Shown piece by piece: positions 26,036 through 40,500 of a stretch of 64,000 nt of DNA; the stretch's first letter is position 1, and every line of letters begins with the position of its first letter. The translations under genes and the position numbers were made by a program. The notes below the pieces were generated by a model. It did not search any database, had not been told where the DNA came from, and saw only the letters and a program-made list of their open reading frames with translations. Source of the stretch: Klebsormidium nitens (lineage: Eukaryota > Plantae > Klebsormidiophyceae); contig DF237330.1 of the NCBI GenBank assembly GCA_000708835.1, positions 26,261-90,260 of the forward strand. The letters run 5' to 3'.

Positions 26036-27971
26036 AAAAAGCATAGGAAAACGTGTTGATTGGTCTTGGTATGGCTTCCCGCACGCACCGAGATGCAAAC
26101 GTAATCCTCTGGTTGTACCTGTAAATATGAACGTGTTCATTGCTTTTGAAGACAACCATTCTAGCTTATGTCGCACAAGAGCGGTGTGTGTGCGGTCTGG
26201 ACCTGCTCATCCAGTGGATGAATTGGCGTCTCATCTCATCATGCGCGAACTTGGGGTAGGATACTCACGACCGCTGGTAAATTTTCCTATGCAGTCGCCA
26301 TGATCATTGCATGCCATGGATTGCCATGCAGTCAATGGATGCCAGGACGATCTGAGCCAGGCAACTGAGTCCAACTAAAAACAAGTAATTTGCACATTGA
26401 TTCGATCTCATGCAAGATGGCCTACATCAGCAGCAGCTGAGGGGAGTAGCATTAAATGTATCATATCATTCGCACTAATTACATATTGTCGGTCGTACTG
26501 AGTCTCTTAATTTTGGCAATGATTGTCGCGCTGCGCCATGCTTCTGGAGTGGGCCAGCGCATGCAGGCCGGCACTTGATTACGTCGTCCTTTTCGATCCA
26601 AGTGAAACACTTCGCCGTTACACTGCAAACTTTTATGCAGACTGGGGCGGCAATACGTGACTTGACGTGTTGACAAGATGAATGCATGCCTTATAGCACT
26701 AGGAAGCGACTCGGAATCGAAAGGTCTTGGGGAACGCTGAAGAAAGTCACTTGCAAGTAATACCGTACAGGCTGCTGCATGAAATGTTCTCGTTCTGATT
26801 AAGTATAGTCTGCTCAATAAGTCAACATTGCAGAATGTTGAGTAGCCGCCTGAGTCGGAGGCAAAGGTGACTTCGCGGGCAACTACTTTCTGGTGGTGGT
26901 GCGCGCTAGCTAGATAGTATAGATAGTCGCCGGCCGATTTGCATGCGGATGCTGTATAAGCAGCTAGCCGCCTAGAGTACCTGAAGTCTGGTCAATTGAA
27001 GAATGATCAACTCGAGTCGAAGCAAAAAGCATCATAAGACAGACCCATGTTTAAAGTCGATGCTTCTTCGAAACCCAAATCCAATGATCCTAGGAGCATC
27101 GGATGCTCGGATGCTAATTGGTTCAACACCTGGTGGACGACGGAACATTTAAGCGCCTAAGTACGTAAGTATAGTCTAAGTTGTCAAAGATAGCCCTAAA
27201 AGGGACGAGTTCTAAAGCTTGATGACGAGATACGAAGAGCATTCAGGATCCCAAATTGGGTACTAGGAATGAAGCGAAGAAAAGCGAAAAGAGGAAGCAC
27301 AATCTTTCCGAGCATTGAGTCAAGTCAGAACGGTGTTATGAGTTCTCAATCAATCCCGTGTACGGTAGGGCCGAGTTTAACCCGCGTACGCGTGTCCTCT
27401 GGGAATGGCGTGTTCTTGTCGCGGTGCGCGCGCGCCATATCATATCGCGCCTAAACCGTGACCGGTAGCGAGCAGTGCTTCGCCTTCTTATACCTGCGCG
27501 CAATATCGAGCTTAATCCATCAAATATTGCTATGAAGGGAACCCGTGATGTCTGGCCGTTTTCCTCCTCTTAAGCCAGCATGCAATTAAAATCTGAGGCC
27601 TCGTATAAATCAATCTGAGGCCATAGAAATGCATTCGAAGCTGGCTACGTCGGGCATTAGCGTACTGGAATAAGCCAGCTAGCGCCTTTTCCCGCCTTTG
27701 TGTCATAGATTCACTAGATAGATTGTTCCTGCGGCCTTTATCACATGCTGGTGAAAGTGAATCCTTATGGCAGAAGTTTCCAATGACGTACCTGCCAGTG
27801 GAGAGGGAGGAAAGATTGGGAATCGTAAGAAAATCTCGGTCAGGTCTTGGTCTTGTTGGCCGGGGTCTTCTGACTTGTGCCAGAGTCGCCGGACATAACA
27901 TGCCAGGGTACCCGGTACGCGTATACCTGATGACCACTGAGGGAGGGGCGGTCACTCTCTTAGTGGTGGAA

Positions 27972-28262
27972 TATAGCCGCGTCCGCTCCTTCGCAGCAAG
28001 GACCCTGAGCCTCGACTCGTCACGAAACTCCCCAAAGTGTGGATCCTGTACATTCACGTATCAAAACCGTACACACCGTGTTCGTGTACGCCTTGTGTAC
28101 GAGGCTGATGCAGGGCCTGTGACACGTGTACGAGATCGGCATGTCGTACCCGGCGTGCACAGGAGAGGCATGGTGCTGTCCGTATGCAGCTCATGTACCA
28201 GAATGACATGCGAATGATGCAAGCTGATGTGGCCGAGTCCCGGCCGTGCCGAACTTGTACAC
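27972..28262 (+). repeat. Left terminal/subterminal inverted repeat region of the Plavaka element
   Basis: 28043-28074 atcctgtacattcacgtatcaaaaccgtacac matches the reverse complement of 43451-43483 (attcttgtacattccggtatcattctcgtacac) at 25/33. Further collinear blocks: tatagc, gcagc, gagcct, tcac..aact.ccca..gtg. Five GTACAC/GTGTAC hexamers lie in 28069-28262. Confidence 0.7.
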
Positions 28263-28687
28263 GTTTTGCACACAAAACGTGCAGTTCTGACGTGCCCACT
28301 GTCCGGGCTGACACGTTCGATAAATAGCTTCACGAGGAGTTCCTACGTTGTACGCTTACATCCTTTATCAGACAGTAAACAGACTTCGTTCTTTGTAAGC
28401 AATCGAGGGCTGGTTTTTGATAAGGTGGGCGGCACGGAAACATCCATTCGATGCAACTCAGCTTGTACAAGGTGCAATGGTCCAGAATCCATTCACGCTT
28501 GAATCATTGATTCACTTTGATGTGGCACCTGACGCCGGGCTGAAACGGAGCCAAACCGGGACACATATCGAAAAACTTGCAGCATGATTTGAGAGAAGGG
28601 AGCGCCAGGAAGGTCCACGAACCGATTAATGTACAAAGGAGCCACCTTGCGAGCCTGCAACGTAGCTTCGTTGTCTTATGATTCTGA

Positions 28688-31600
28688 TCAGGACTCGACT
28701 TTGTACCACTTGAATCGACTCAAGTAGAAGCTTTCCCCTGAGTCGTCAGCGAAATCCGGAGCTATGTACACCATTCGCAGGATGCTATCCAACTCAATGA
28801 CGTCGTAGAAGTCTTTTTGCTGTCCACCGGAGGTATACTTCTCCCACTTCAATTGCCTGCAAGTCCTTGCATCGAGTCTGTCCGAACCGTTTGCCCTCTT
28901 TTGTACCTTGTAGTATCGAACAAACGCAAGCTCTCTGGTCTTTCCGTGCTGATCGACCAGAGAAAACAAGAGTCGGAGTTGCCCGTAATACTCTGGCCCT
29001 TCCGGGTCATCTTCGGCCGCTTTGATTGCCACGTCGTTGTAGTACGGCCGCTCATCGCTGAATGAGACCGCCGCGCGGGCGTGCATCACCGTCGGCTGGA
29101 AGCGCGCTCCAATACCTGGAGCGATAGCGGCAGCGTTCGCCACGTGCACCTGGCAAATGGTTGTGAAGCGGTCAATGAGCAAAATGACCGGAATAGATCC
29201 AGGTTTACAAGAAACGGAACGAATCTTGGAAGCCAGACGTGTCAAACTCAGCTCTTTCATTCAAGGGTCATCGCTTTGGATTCGGTTGCAGCCTTCGCAC
29301 TCAGCCTTCGCACTCAGTGATGTCCTAGAAGTCAGTTAGAAACACGGGAACGGACTTCGATTCGAACCGGTCGAAGATAGAGAGCGCCGCGGTTCAATCG
29401 AAGGAAAAGTCTATAGAGAAATCTGTAAAGTACTGCTTCAAGTCCACAAATGCAAGGAATTACACTACTTCATTTCCAGGCCAGATTTGCAACCAATTCT
29501 TTATGCCTTCTGTGACTGGTCATCAGCTTCTACCAAAAAAAACCTACCTCGGAATTCAGGCAATTGGGCTGGTTTACTAGCAAGGCACCACCTCCTCGCA
29601 CGCCGTGAAGCCCGCCCGCCAAGAAGACACGTGTACGTCGCTCCAGCTGTCGCAGCTCCGGTTGCGCTGCAACCCGAGCAGCAACAATATCGCGCGTCTC
29701 TGTGGAGCGGGGCAGGTCGGTGGCGGTCTCCACTCCGCCTGGCTGCAGCCATGCCCATTTGAAGGTCGTTCGGGTACTTTGAAGTGTGTGTCCGACAGCC
29801 AAGGCCTGCAAACAAAACTAATCCAGTTACATGGTCACGAAACGGACGCCGGAAGACTGCCTATCAGGTTGTTACCTGTTTGCAGGAAGAAGCTGCCGCA
29901 AAATGCATCCAGCGCAAGACCCACATTGAAGGAGAAGTAGAGCCGTGCACCGGGCGACGTGTTCTTTCAACGCCCACGTGGCCAGCGACTTTAGTGACCG
30001 ACAAAATGGGCTCCTTTGAAAAGGTTCAGGAATGTTCCGTCACAATCCTGGTCACTCGCAAGAATGGTCGTGAAATCAACGAGGCCAGACAAACAAAAGC
30101 AAAGAGGTTGATGGAATGAGGGGTTCTTGTCCAAAATCTCTGCATAAACTTCGCTCAGTTGATGCAAGCGTCTTGAAAGCATCTTCTCAGAAAGCCAGCC
30201 AGAAATAAAGTATACGGGTTCAAGGGAGGCTCACCTGCCGGGAAACCACGGTCTGGTGCCGAACTTTGGGAGGGTCCCGCACGAAACTGCCTCCGTAAAA
30301 GGAAATGCGGTCCGATATGTTTTCCCGTCGTTGATTGTGGCGAACAATCTGCAGAAGATGCGAAGTACTTCTTGAGACAGAATTGCAGAATCACAGAATC
30401 CCAGAATCACCGCCTCTGCACATGACATTTACGTTCTAGCTTCGAGTTCCCCAATAGCATTTTAAAGCGACAAAGCCCTCACAGCACGACTTAGTCCTGA
30501 GAAGATCGAAACCGACAACGGTAGGAGGAAGCGCAAACGACCAAGCCTCACTGATGCGAGAGTGGAAGCAAAAGAAACGCTCAGCACGACTTCCCAGATG
30601 TAAAACTCCTACGGCGAAGCCGGTGATCTTGAGCGTGGGGAATCTGCTCACGTGTCAGCAAGCTCAATCAGACTGAGTTAAATGTCGAAGCACATCGTCG
30701 GAGGGATACGAAACTTACGGCTCAGAATCAGAATTTGTTCACAGAGGAGTAGGCATGTTAGCAGAAAAGCGGAAAAGCGGAAAGAGGGAACAACGGACAG
30801 CGAGTAGTGGTCCTGAAAACGTGGCCGCAAGAGCAGCGACTGAAAGGAAATTCCGTTTCTGCTCCGTTGCACATGGGATTCGCAGGACACCGGTGGCCGG
30901 AAGCTGAAAGGCCACAGCGAAAACTCCTCAAGATAGAGACGGCTGGTGGCAACTTCACCAGCCATCTCGGATGGATTGAAGGGAGCTCCGTTACAAGAAT
31001 AGAACTGACACTTGCGGCGAGACCGAATGTTACGGAAGAGGTTCATTGCCACGGTGACGGACTTACGTAGGATTGCGTTTTCTCGATCGCAATGGTGGGC
31101 GGGAAGTCCGATGAAAAACAAGATCTTGAATTAAAGAAGGATCCAAGTTTACATAGTTACCTGTCCCTCTGCGTTTCTCTTGTTCGACATTCTGTACGGC
31201 TTTTTGGACGTTTGGCCGTGGAAGCTTTCTCCCGAATCCGTGTCCAGGTGCTTGAGCAAGCCGTTCTGCCAGATGTTGTCGGGATAGTGCGGGATCTGGT
31301 GGAACTTAATAAAGTTCCACTCGGACTTCTGGTATTCGCCGAAGGTATCAAGAGCGGATTGTCCGAATCTGAACGAGGAATTAAGTCCGCCCTTCAATTG
31401 AGGACATTAACAAAGCGTTTATGACCAGAAACTGATCATCAGATCAACGTTGGGGTCTCTCGGGAAGCTTCGAAAACTCGATCTCTAGGATGTCTTCGAA
31501 AGGAAGGCTGGGCACACAGAATGGCTGAGAATTTGCCGCCAAACATGCATTTTCAAATAGAGAAGCGTGTCTGGACGCACCAGTTTTGGCTTCCACACTG

Positions 31601-34600
31601 ATCGGCCACTGATTGAGCAAGAGAGCAAGGAGCTCGGCAGGTCCTTAGCAATGATTGTTCAAGTAAAAGAGTGCTCAGAGAAGCGTTTTTAAGTTTCACC
31701 TGAGTCCCAGCTCTCGACACTCCTCCAGGCTCTTCTCGGTGTGGTACTGAGGGCGGTTGCGGCAGGTAAGCAGCATGTACCAGTCCAAGAAGCTGACGAA
31801 AACGTCGGTGACAGGATCACTGCCGTTGACTTCTTCGAACAACCCATTGATGGCAAAGACGAAGACCTGCTCGTGTTGATTGTGCGAGAATCAGAAAAGA
31901 CAAATGTGACGCTGAAATGGTGCAAGTCATGGAAGACATGTCACACCGGCCCCGACCTCCTCAAGATATTTTTGTTGTAGATATAAGTTTGAACGTTGAG
32001 ATCGCTTGTTCGGACACAAAAACACAAAGCCTTGCTTTGTCACAAGCAATCAACCATTCAAAACTTTGTGACAGCAGAAGCAGTGATCACAGCTTTGAAC
32101 CTTGTTACCGAGCTTTGCGATCGAGCCTGTTTTGGTTACATGTACTTCTTGAAGAAGGGACTCTGCAACCTGATCATTTGCCCGCTTCTCTCCATCAAAA
32201 CTTTTCGAGCTGAGACGACCATGAGAAAGATAAGAAATCAGTCAGGAGTCGGAGGTTCCAGCTTGTCCTAATAAAAGCTTCGCTAAAGTACCTATTGTAA
32301 ACTCGAAGATGACTTGCCTGCATCACGTTGCGTTGCTCAAAAGCTTTAAATTTCTTCGTGCTTCGCACGTATCTTCCTCGGCCAGGGACACGGAAGCCTG
32401 GGAATCGTGGCATCGATCGAAGGCGGGAGTCGATAAGCCTGAGCTTGCGAGCGCCTTCTCGTGGGCTGTACTTGGCCTTCACGTACTCACGTAATGCGTT
32501 CAAAAGATGGACCCATAAGCCGAGATCGATGCCATGGAGTGTGTCGGGGGCGAACGCATTGAAGCTATTGCGAAGTTCAGATGGCACCTCTGGAACCAGA
32601 TCCGTGAAGAAGTCCCAGAGAGGCCCCTGCCAGGTGAAAAGGTTTTCCAATCAACCCTTGCCGCGGTTTTGAATGTAACCACTCGCCGGTCGTCTTCCTC
32701 AACGACCCCTCCAAAAGTGAAAACTTCATCATTGGCTCCAACCTAAGTAGAATTTTAATTTGCAGACGGATGCAAAGCCTGAAGAGCGGCAACAACAGTC
32801 GGACAAACGCTCTCGACGGCGAGAAGATTTCTTGCACTTTTGAACATTTGACTCGTTTTGCGCCGGGTACGCCTGCGTTGTCACATTGCCAGGCCTAGCT
32901 TTAGAGCTGTAGCCTGTGACTTTCAAACTTGACCTATAAAGTGTGGACACTTACCTTCATGGCAATCGGAACACCAGCGTCCTCTAGCAGCTTCTTTGCC
33001 CGAGCAATCTCTTGTCGGTTTCCGGCCAACTCGACGGACTTAAAATGCTCAATGACGCGCCTTGTGAAGACCTCAGTGCGCGCTTTAAAGTTCACATCCA
33101 AAGCATTCAGGCGGGACGGAGCAGCTAAGCATTGCAGGCAACGCCCACTTCGCACAAAGGCAACGTAGTAATGTTCCTGAAGGTCGGCAACGTAGGAGTG
33201 CAGATATGGAAACACGCAGACACGCGCCCCATAGGGGTCGGTCATCCACACTCCCCTGCAGATGGGAGGAAACAAGACCGCTTCAGTACTGTGGACACAG
33301 AGTAGAGTCTCTCGATTGGCGCTTGAGAACACGGTAGACTGTCGGTCCCCCTCACACCCGTTCTGGTTACGTGTAGAACGCGCTTCACAGCCCCGTGAAA
33401 CACCCGACAGAATTTTGATCAGCCCCAGGTCTTTTAGATGCCTCCAGCACTCCATTCAAGGTGCGCGCTGGAAGCATTGGATTTCTAGAGACTCTCTCCA
33501 GCCAATGTTGGACAGTCCCCGGGCTGTTGATCGAGGCTCTGGACAGCGCTCAAGTTTAGTGGCACGCTGGACGAGGCTCACAGCCCGGAGGAATTACCAC
33601 TCTCCAATAGCCCCGGGCTATGAGTTGCTTACTAACTTGGCAGCGCGCGCTGGTCCGCTGGATCTGGACATTAGCAGCCCGGGGGAACAATCCTTCCTGC
33701 CGTGAATTGATCAGACATAATCTTTTTATGAGGAAACAGCCCCTCAGAACCTGCTCACCTTGAGCTTGCCTCCTTGAGAGGAGTTAACCAAAGTGTTAAC
33801 TGTTGGTACATGAGGAACATCTTCCGGCTCGTCCAATTGACGGTGTCTCGTATCAGCCCTGAAGAGACGAAGATGCCTTGCAAACAGTCAATGGCCAAGC
33901 TTTACGGTCTTTGAAAGATTGGGTGCCCAAGTTCTGCTTGAATTTGATGGCGTAACTGCATTTTTTTGAACAGTCGGATTCTATAAAAGACAAACCGTAA
34001 GAGGAGGCTTTCTCAAAGAACATTGACAAACCACAGTCCTTGCGAAAAAAGACAATTAACATCATTCTCCAATCTGCTGGATGACGAGCCGACTTCCAAA
34101 TTTTAGCCGAATCCAATCAGAAGGAAAGCGCACCATGCCAAAGTAGCTAGCATAGCAAATTGACCTCAATGCTTACCATGCTCTGGCTGCTCTTTGAGCT
34201 GTGCAAAGTAAGCTGCCAGCTCGGACCCAACTCCGAGGCGCCGTTGCATCTCGAGATCAGCATTTTTGATGGCCAGGAGCCCGGCCCAGCCAGATGTGTG
34301 CAAGTCATTGGAGACAGCAGTCTTGTCGCTATACGGAGAGACCGCGAGTAGCACCGCATCCTCTGGAATATACTTCTGAGACAAAAGACAAAACGCATAA
34401 GTTCGGTCTAGTGGACGCGAAGCTCATACCGCAGGATGGGCATTGACAGCCTAGCAGGATTGCGCTGAATCGAGGTCGACTCGGCTGAGATCTACAGCCT
34501 CCATCCAGACTAAGCACGCTACCAGATCACCAAGACATCGTACCATGGCCAACACCATGTTCCAAGTGACCCAGATGCTTCAGCAACAGCCTTCTGTTTG

Positions 34601-35964
34601 CAGATTACTTCAAAAGCTAGGCCATCGAAGTGCAAAAGAGGAGTTCATGAAGAAGGGAAGGACTTGTTTACCTGGAGGTTTATCATCTTCTCAGCGGACG
34701 AGGCATCTGTTATACAACGGTCTCCCGCATTGTTGAATTCTTTCCGCGCGCTGAGTTTTATATGGCCACGCAGTTCGGGATTAGCGAACATCCTTCGTAG
34801 CAGCTCAATAGGATCTTTGCGGCGGAACCAAAGGTCTTGGTGATCAGAAGGGAGCCTCATGTTTTCCACAATAAAGCCCTGCAACCAGGAACGGAATTAT
34901 TCGAGCACCATGCCTCAACGATGAACAATATCAGCTGCGCAAAGGCTTGCTTTGGGAATCAGAGTGTCACAAAAGTGCCTCAACTTGAGGATTAAGTGCC
35001 CCTGCTTGTCAGAGAGACATTTTGCACAACTCTTGGTGTCTTTGCTAGAGGATGTAAAATAGAAAAAGGGGACTCTGAATCTGGTCCCAACACATCACTA
35101 AAAATAAAGAACAAGCTGGAGCTGACAACCTTGTGGAGTTTTTGAGCTGCAACATGAGCCAGTTCTGAGCAGCATGCGGTGCCATCAGAACAGACAGCTC
35201 AAAAGAAACAAAGACCTGCTCACCTCGCTGTCCACATGAGGGGTGTCCTGATACTTCCTCAATTCTCTTGAGTTTGAGAACGCTGCCCTCCACTCCTCTT
35301 GGTTAAAGTCTGGATGTAAAAGAATGCGCAAGAGCCAGTCTGCCTCGCTGTTGGAAGACCCGCTGCCCTGACCATTGTTTGTGAGGAAGTTTGCAACCTC
35401 CACTGAGGTTTTAAATCCCCGAGGCACAGCGTCATCATCTGGCTCAGGGTGCGGGCCGTTGCCGCCCCCACCACCAAGCCTATCATGGGACTTGAGCCAC
35501 TCTTCTGGATCAAAAGGAAGCAAGGGTCTAGGAGCCTCAAAACCATCTTCAGCAGCAGAGAAGGGGTCTCTGTCCTCGTCCGAGCTGGATTCTGAAGCGG
35601 AGCTGCTAGATTCATCGTCGCTAAGCTCAAAATCATTGGCAGCTGCAGCCCCAGAGTTTTGTTCAGGCTCATGGTCTAGGGGGTCTGATCGGAAGCTTTG
35701 TTGATCTAAAGACTGGCTGGCTGCAGGAGGGGTGCCTAAGGGATGCACTGAACCAGCGGGCGCTTGACCCTGTTGGCGATCAGCAGCGATGCGAGCTGCC
35801 GCCTCCGGAACTTCTGGCCTATCTTGCACTAGCTGTTGTGGTGGGTGCCAGCCATCAGGCAATCCACCTTGTCCACATGCTCCAAGGCCCCGTCGATGGT
35901 TGCCGAGACTCTGAGAAGTGTCAAACTTTTTTCCACAAATTGGGCAGGGGAAATTGCTGTCCAT
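28688..35964 (-). CDS. Plavaka-family transposase with an N-terminal Zn-finger; 11 exons, ~1021 aa, apparently intact
   Basis: Exons: 35224-35964, 34672-34878, 34177-34375, 33759-33858, 32955-33255, 32318-32626 (GC donor), 31700-31866, 31161-31368, 30235-30348, 29548-29805, 28688-29149; phase-consistent with no stops (3066 nt). Motifs: CPICGKKF..SLGNH..C, YSDKT, YVADLQEH, PDTLHGIDLG, RFPG, FLDWY..HTE, WNFIKFH..HY..I..G..DTDSGESFH..KKPY..SNKR, YYGQLRLLF, DVIELDSILR.VYIAPDF..FYLSRFK. This motif series is characteristic of Plavaka transposases. Confidence 0.9.
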
Positions 35965-37524
35965 GGCAATTAGGTCCAACTTCGGTACAAAAATTTAGCT
36001 CACATGATCAGATTCGCTTCCCGTTAGCTCCTTTGAAGCGAAAGGTGATGCACTGTGGCGCAGCATGCGGCGCAGGCGCCGCTGCCAGCAGCCTGAGCTC
36101 CTTCCTTATTGGGTGCACCCTTAAGGGCCCTGCCCAAGATAACAGTACTTAGCCCACTGCCAAGTCAGCCGGGACTCAGCCTGCTTGATTTTTCAGGTGT
36201 TCAAGCTTCAATCAACGCATCAGATTGGACGCATGGCGTCTGCTGATCTTCTAAGCTGCTCGAGCGCAGGGTGTTACTCATCCTTGGTAAAAGTTGAGTA
36301 CCTAGTCTGAATGTCTGAAAGGAGAATGACAACCCAGGGCCAATGACAAGTGTACCTACAGTAACAGCTTCCTTCTGCTTCCACTAGCTGCTGCCACTGG
36401 TATCACTGGTTCAGTACGGCGTATAGGTACCTGTAGGCTGTAGTCTGAGGTAATGATCCGATAACACGAATTATTTTTCCCATTCGTAAAGTCATAGACC
36501 CGGATTCCACAGTCAAAAGTTGGGATTTCAAAATGGTTGATTAATCATGAAATGGTCCTCAGGAGCCCCAGAATGGCCAAGCTCAGATCTAGATTCCCAT
36601 TAAATTCCATTACAAATGGCAACATAGGGCATTTTGAGTTTTGTCAAAATCAGCATAAATAAAGCCGCTTTTCTGGTCGGATTGTCGGAATATAATATGT
36701 AATAATAAAAATGGTTCGGAATCACCACGCGTACTAGGTAGGTATTGTACATGCATGACTCTGTCCCATGATGTCAGGCCCGGTCGGACTGAATCTACCG
36801 TACCTAGGTCCTAGTCCGAGACTCCAAGATCTGCCAAATGTTGCCATTGGTACCGGCCACTCTGATTTCACGTGCGCGTCCATCTTCATGAACGCATGCA
36901 AGCCATAAGATCTTCAAGTGCTGCAACCATGGCCTTCCGATCAAGTCTTGAGCCCAATCAGGCTGGCCACGTGTATCTCGTGGGACGTCTGAGTCACATG
37001 AGCGCACTCCCTCTCAGCCAATCGTGTGCTACTTTGAGGCAACTTGCATCTGCCGGGCATCTGCCAGGGCCGGTGCCGCTGCCTACCAGCTGTAAACAGG
37101 AAAGACTGAGCTGACGCAACATGCTGATCAATAGGGGATCAACGGCAGCTTTCGTTTCAAATCTTTCAGCCGTCAATGCAATGGCCGCCATGTTGCTAGC
37201 CGTCACAACGGCGGGGAAAAAGGGCGGGAGCTGGGCCTTTTTGAATCTAGGCGTGAGCGGCGTGAGTGAGCTGCCACTGCTTGCATTGGAAGTTGGAGGC
37301 TGCTTCTGGGAGTGACAGAGCAGGCTCTGTCAGCAAGCAGCTAGATTCTGATACCGGTACTGGGCATAAAGCTTTCTTTGGATCTTAAGCAGCCACTCAG
37401 AATTGCAGAAGCTTTCTTGAGGGGACAACGTCACCTACGGTCCAGCCCATCCCAACCTGAAGACATCGCTTCTTGATGGGGTTTTAGACAGCAGTGTTTT
37501 ACTTTTTTCCTGCAGCCTCTCACA

Positions 37525-40500
37525 ATGAGCTCAGCCGATGACGATAATCCCCGCATGATTAGGCGTTCTCAAAGGGAAAGGAAGGAGAATCGAGCGTGGA
37601 CTCCTACTAAGCAAGTGCAGCGACACGACGTTCCCACTGTTGACCCTGATGCAGAGACATGTGAGGGATCTGAAGGGGACTCGCACACTCCGATCCGCAA
37701 TGTGAACGCAAGACCTCGACGGGACTATGTTCCATCGCCGGGGCTTTCTGTGAGCACTGGGACCCCAAAGAGCAAGGAGGAAGAATCTGACGAAGCGTCT
37801 GGTTCTGCGTATGATGGTTTAGAAGATGAGGGCGAGGATGGTGTGCTTGGCGAGGCAGCATCTGCTGCGGACAAGGAGTATCAGTCGCTGAAGGCGGAAC
37901 TGGATGCTCAGCTTGAGAAAGCTGCAAAGAAGAGAGATGCTGCACAAGCACGTGTGCTAAAGTCCAGCCAAGCCCCCAGCAAGAAGAAAACAAGTGGACA
38001 TGGCGCGTCCCAGAGACCGTCCGATGCCGAACATCCTCCCAAGCGCAGCGAAAGAAGACAAGGTGAGCACCTTTGACCTTGACTATGTCCTGCGCAACAA
38101 ACAAACTTCTTGATTTTACAGGACAGCTTGTGCTCAGCGCACAGACCATATGGCTCTGACTTCCGATCATTCTGCTCCTTGCCATGCTGCACCATTTTAT
38201 CTTGCACCAGTGAAAGGTGCGGGAACACTCTGTTAGCAGCTTGCAAGGTTCGAGGAAGGTTCCCATCCAAAGTCTTATCCAGATGACCTATAATAGTTAG
38301 CAGTCTGACCATATGTCAATCTGCTAGGTGTGCTACAACAAAAGCAGGTGCTCAATGATGAAGCAGACTGTGTTCAAAGGTTAAACAAACCCTTGGCTTG
38401 TGAGTTGTCCTTCTTGTATAGAAACAATGACTTTGTCTGCTCCGTGAAATGAGCGTATCTATCATGTTGGACAGCCTTGCTGATTTGCATCTTGATTTCT
38501 CTATTGCAGATACTAGGCCCAAGGAAGTGGACCAGGAAGCGGCACGGACGTCAGCACTTGACAGGCGCAAAGGGAGCGGTGTGGACAGCGGCCCCGCTGC
38601 CAGCGAAGGAGGGAGACACAAAGAGCGACCTAAAATGAAGCCACTGTTCACTCCAGTCAAAGAGAAAGGTGACGTCATCAGACGCTACTTGCTGTAGTTG
38701 GCTGAAGGTTTCTGATATCTAACATAATCAGTTATTCGGTTGAGCTGCCACGATGGCATACTGTTTCTCCTTCAAATGCCGTCCCCAGGCTGGTTGCTTA
38801 TGGCCACTGTTTGACCGACTTCTCACTTTCTTTGGCCTGGCGGGTCAGACATGGAATGCTGAAAACGCATCTGCAATTAAGCTTCCTAGAGTCGGGACAA
38901 TCAGAATTCTGCTTGTAAGCACTTACAAGTTGCATCATCCCGACTGGTAGCATTTCTCCAGACCAACTATCTACTGTCCATGAGTTGAAGACTGTTTTGC
39001 TTTATGCTCTTGCAGCTTGAACAAGTAGCTTAGTAAAGTTGGTCTTTCATTTGCGGGCTCGAGATGTAAGCTTCTCATGCAGCAAGCCTCCCACCTATTC
39101 ACGATACTCTGGCTTCGCTAAGTTCATCCTGACTTCGTGCTTCATCTGCAGGGAAACCAACTGACAAAGGGAGGGACAACTCAAAGCGCCAGCGCTCCGA
39201 CACTAGGTCCGCGCGCGAGCTGGAGCTGGAGGAGCAAGTTCGGAAGCAACAGCGGCAGATGGTCGACCTCACCAACAAGATCAACTCCGCCCGTCCTCCG
39301 CTGCCTCCCGACATGGACAACCAGTGGAAGGGCTGGTATGGCGCGCCCCCTGGGTTTCCCCCGTTCTGGCAAGGCCCGCCTGCATCAGCCCTTCCCTCGG
39401 CACTTTCCAACGCCGCTCAACCGAACACAACTGGGGGCTCCTCAGTCCCAGCTGAGCTGGTGACATCTCCGAACCTGGTAAGCGGGCATGCCTACTACTG
39501 ATACATGTGCACAATCATACAGGCACTTTGAGACAGAAGTCGGACACGAGCACGTCATGAGGACAATTGCATGTCCGTAGTGAGTCTGATCCGGTACTGT
39601 AGGTCTGTGAAGCAAGACGCTGCTGAAGTTGGACTTTCGATCAGAGAACGGGACGATTTATATGCCGTTCTATTTCGAAAGGTGTTGGAACGTTCACTCT
39701 TATTCTGGTCGACTGAACGTGGCTCGGTGACTAGCAAGAGCTCAAACTTTAAACGTTCTAGTACTGCAACGATCTCTTCGCCATTGTGTGCGCCATCGTG
39801 TGCACAGAAGCTCCTCACGGTTGGCGCCTGATCTTGCAAAAGAAAGTCTCGAGAACTAGGACTAATAAACATTGACCAGCCAGAATGTTTTCTTTAACTC
39901 GCGCGTACTGGTTGTGTGCTTTTGTTCCTGCTGAGTTATCATGTGTTCTAGCTGCTGTGAATCAGCGATCGACACAAAGCACGCAATCAAGGGAAGGCTT
40001 TGCAGTGTCTAACGTCTAATGAGTTGGGAGACCCAAGACTCCCGGTAAAAGAGATTGCGGGAGTGGCATGTATCAATGTTCGACTTTGCGAGGTCGACTG
40101 AGTCGGTGACAAGTTCATGGAGTTAATCCCCTTGCTTGTTTTCCATGATGCAAGAATTTCATCGTCAAGATCATCTCCGACTTCTATAAGAGCGCGGACA
40201 GTGGGGCGACCTTCTACCCGGAGAACCAGGCCTTCATAAAGACGAGAATGGAGAGGGAGCTGGCCCAGTCGCCTTCGGATCCCCAGTGGCAGAGGCTGTG
40301 GGCGCCCGGGGGTGCCTTTCAAAAGGCCGCCTCCACCAAAATCATCAACCAGCGCTCCAACTACGTCACCAAGATGAAGGAGGGCATCGTCCAGTTCTAC
40401 AAGCCCCCGCACCATGCCGCGCGAGAGTTCTTCGACTTCGCCGAGCGGGAAGCCGCAGGTCGGGACCCATCTCTTGCGAAGATTGTCTGCTTCGTTTTTC

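Noticed and set aside
26100-27900. Intergenic ORFs (e.g. 27530-28057, 27723-28217) as cargo genes
   Set aside because: No coding-like composition or motifs; they overlap the terminal repeat region.
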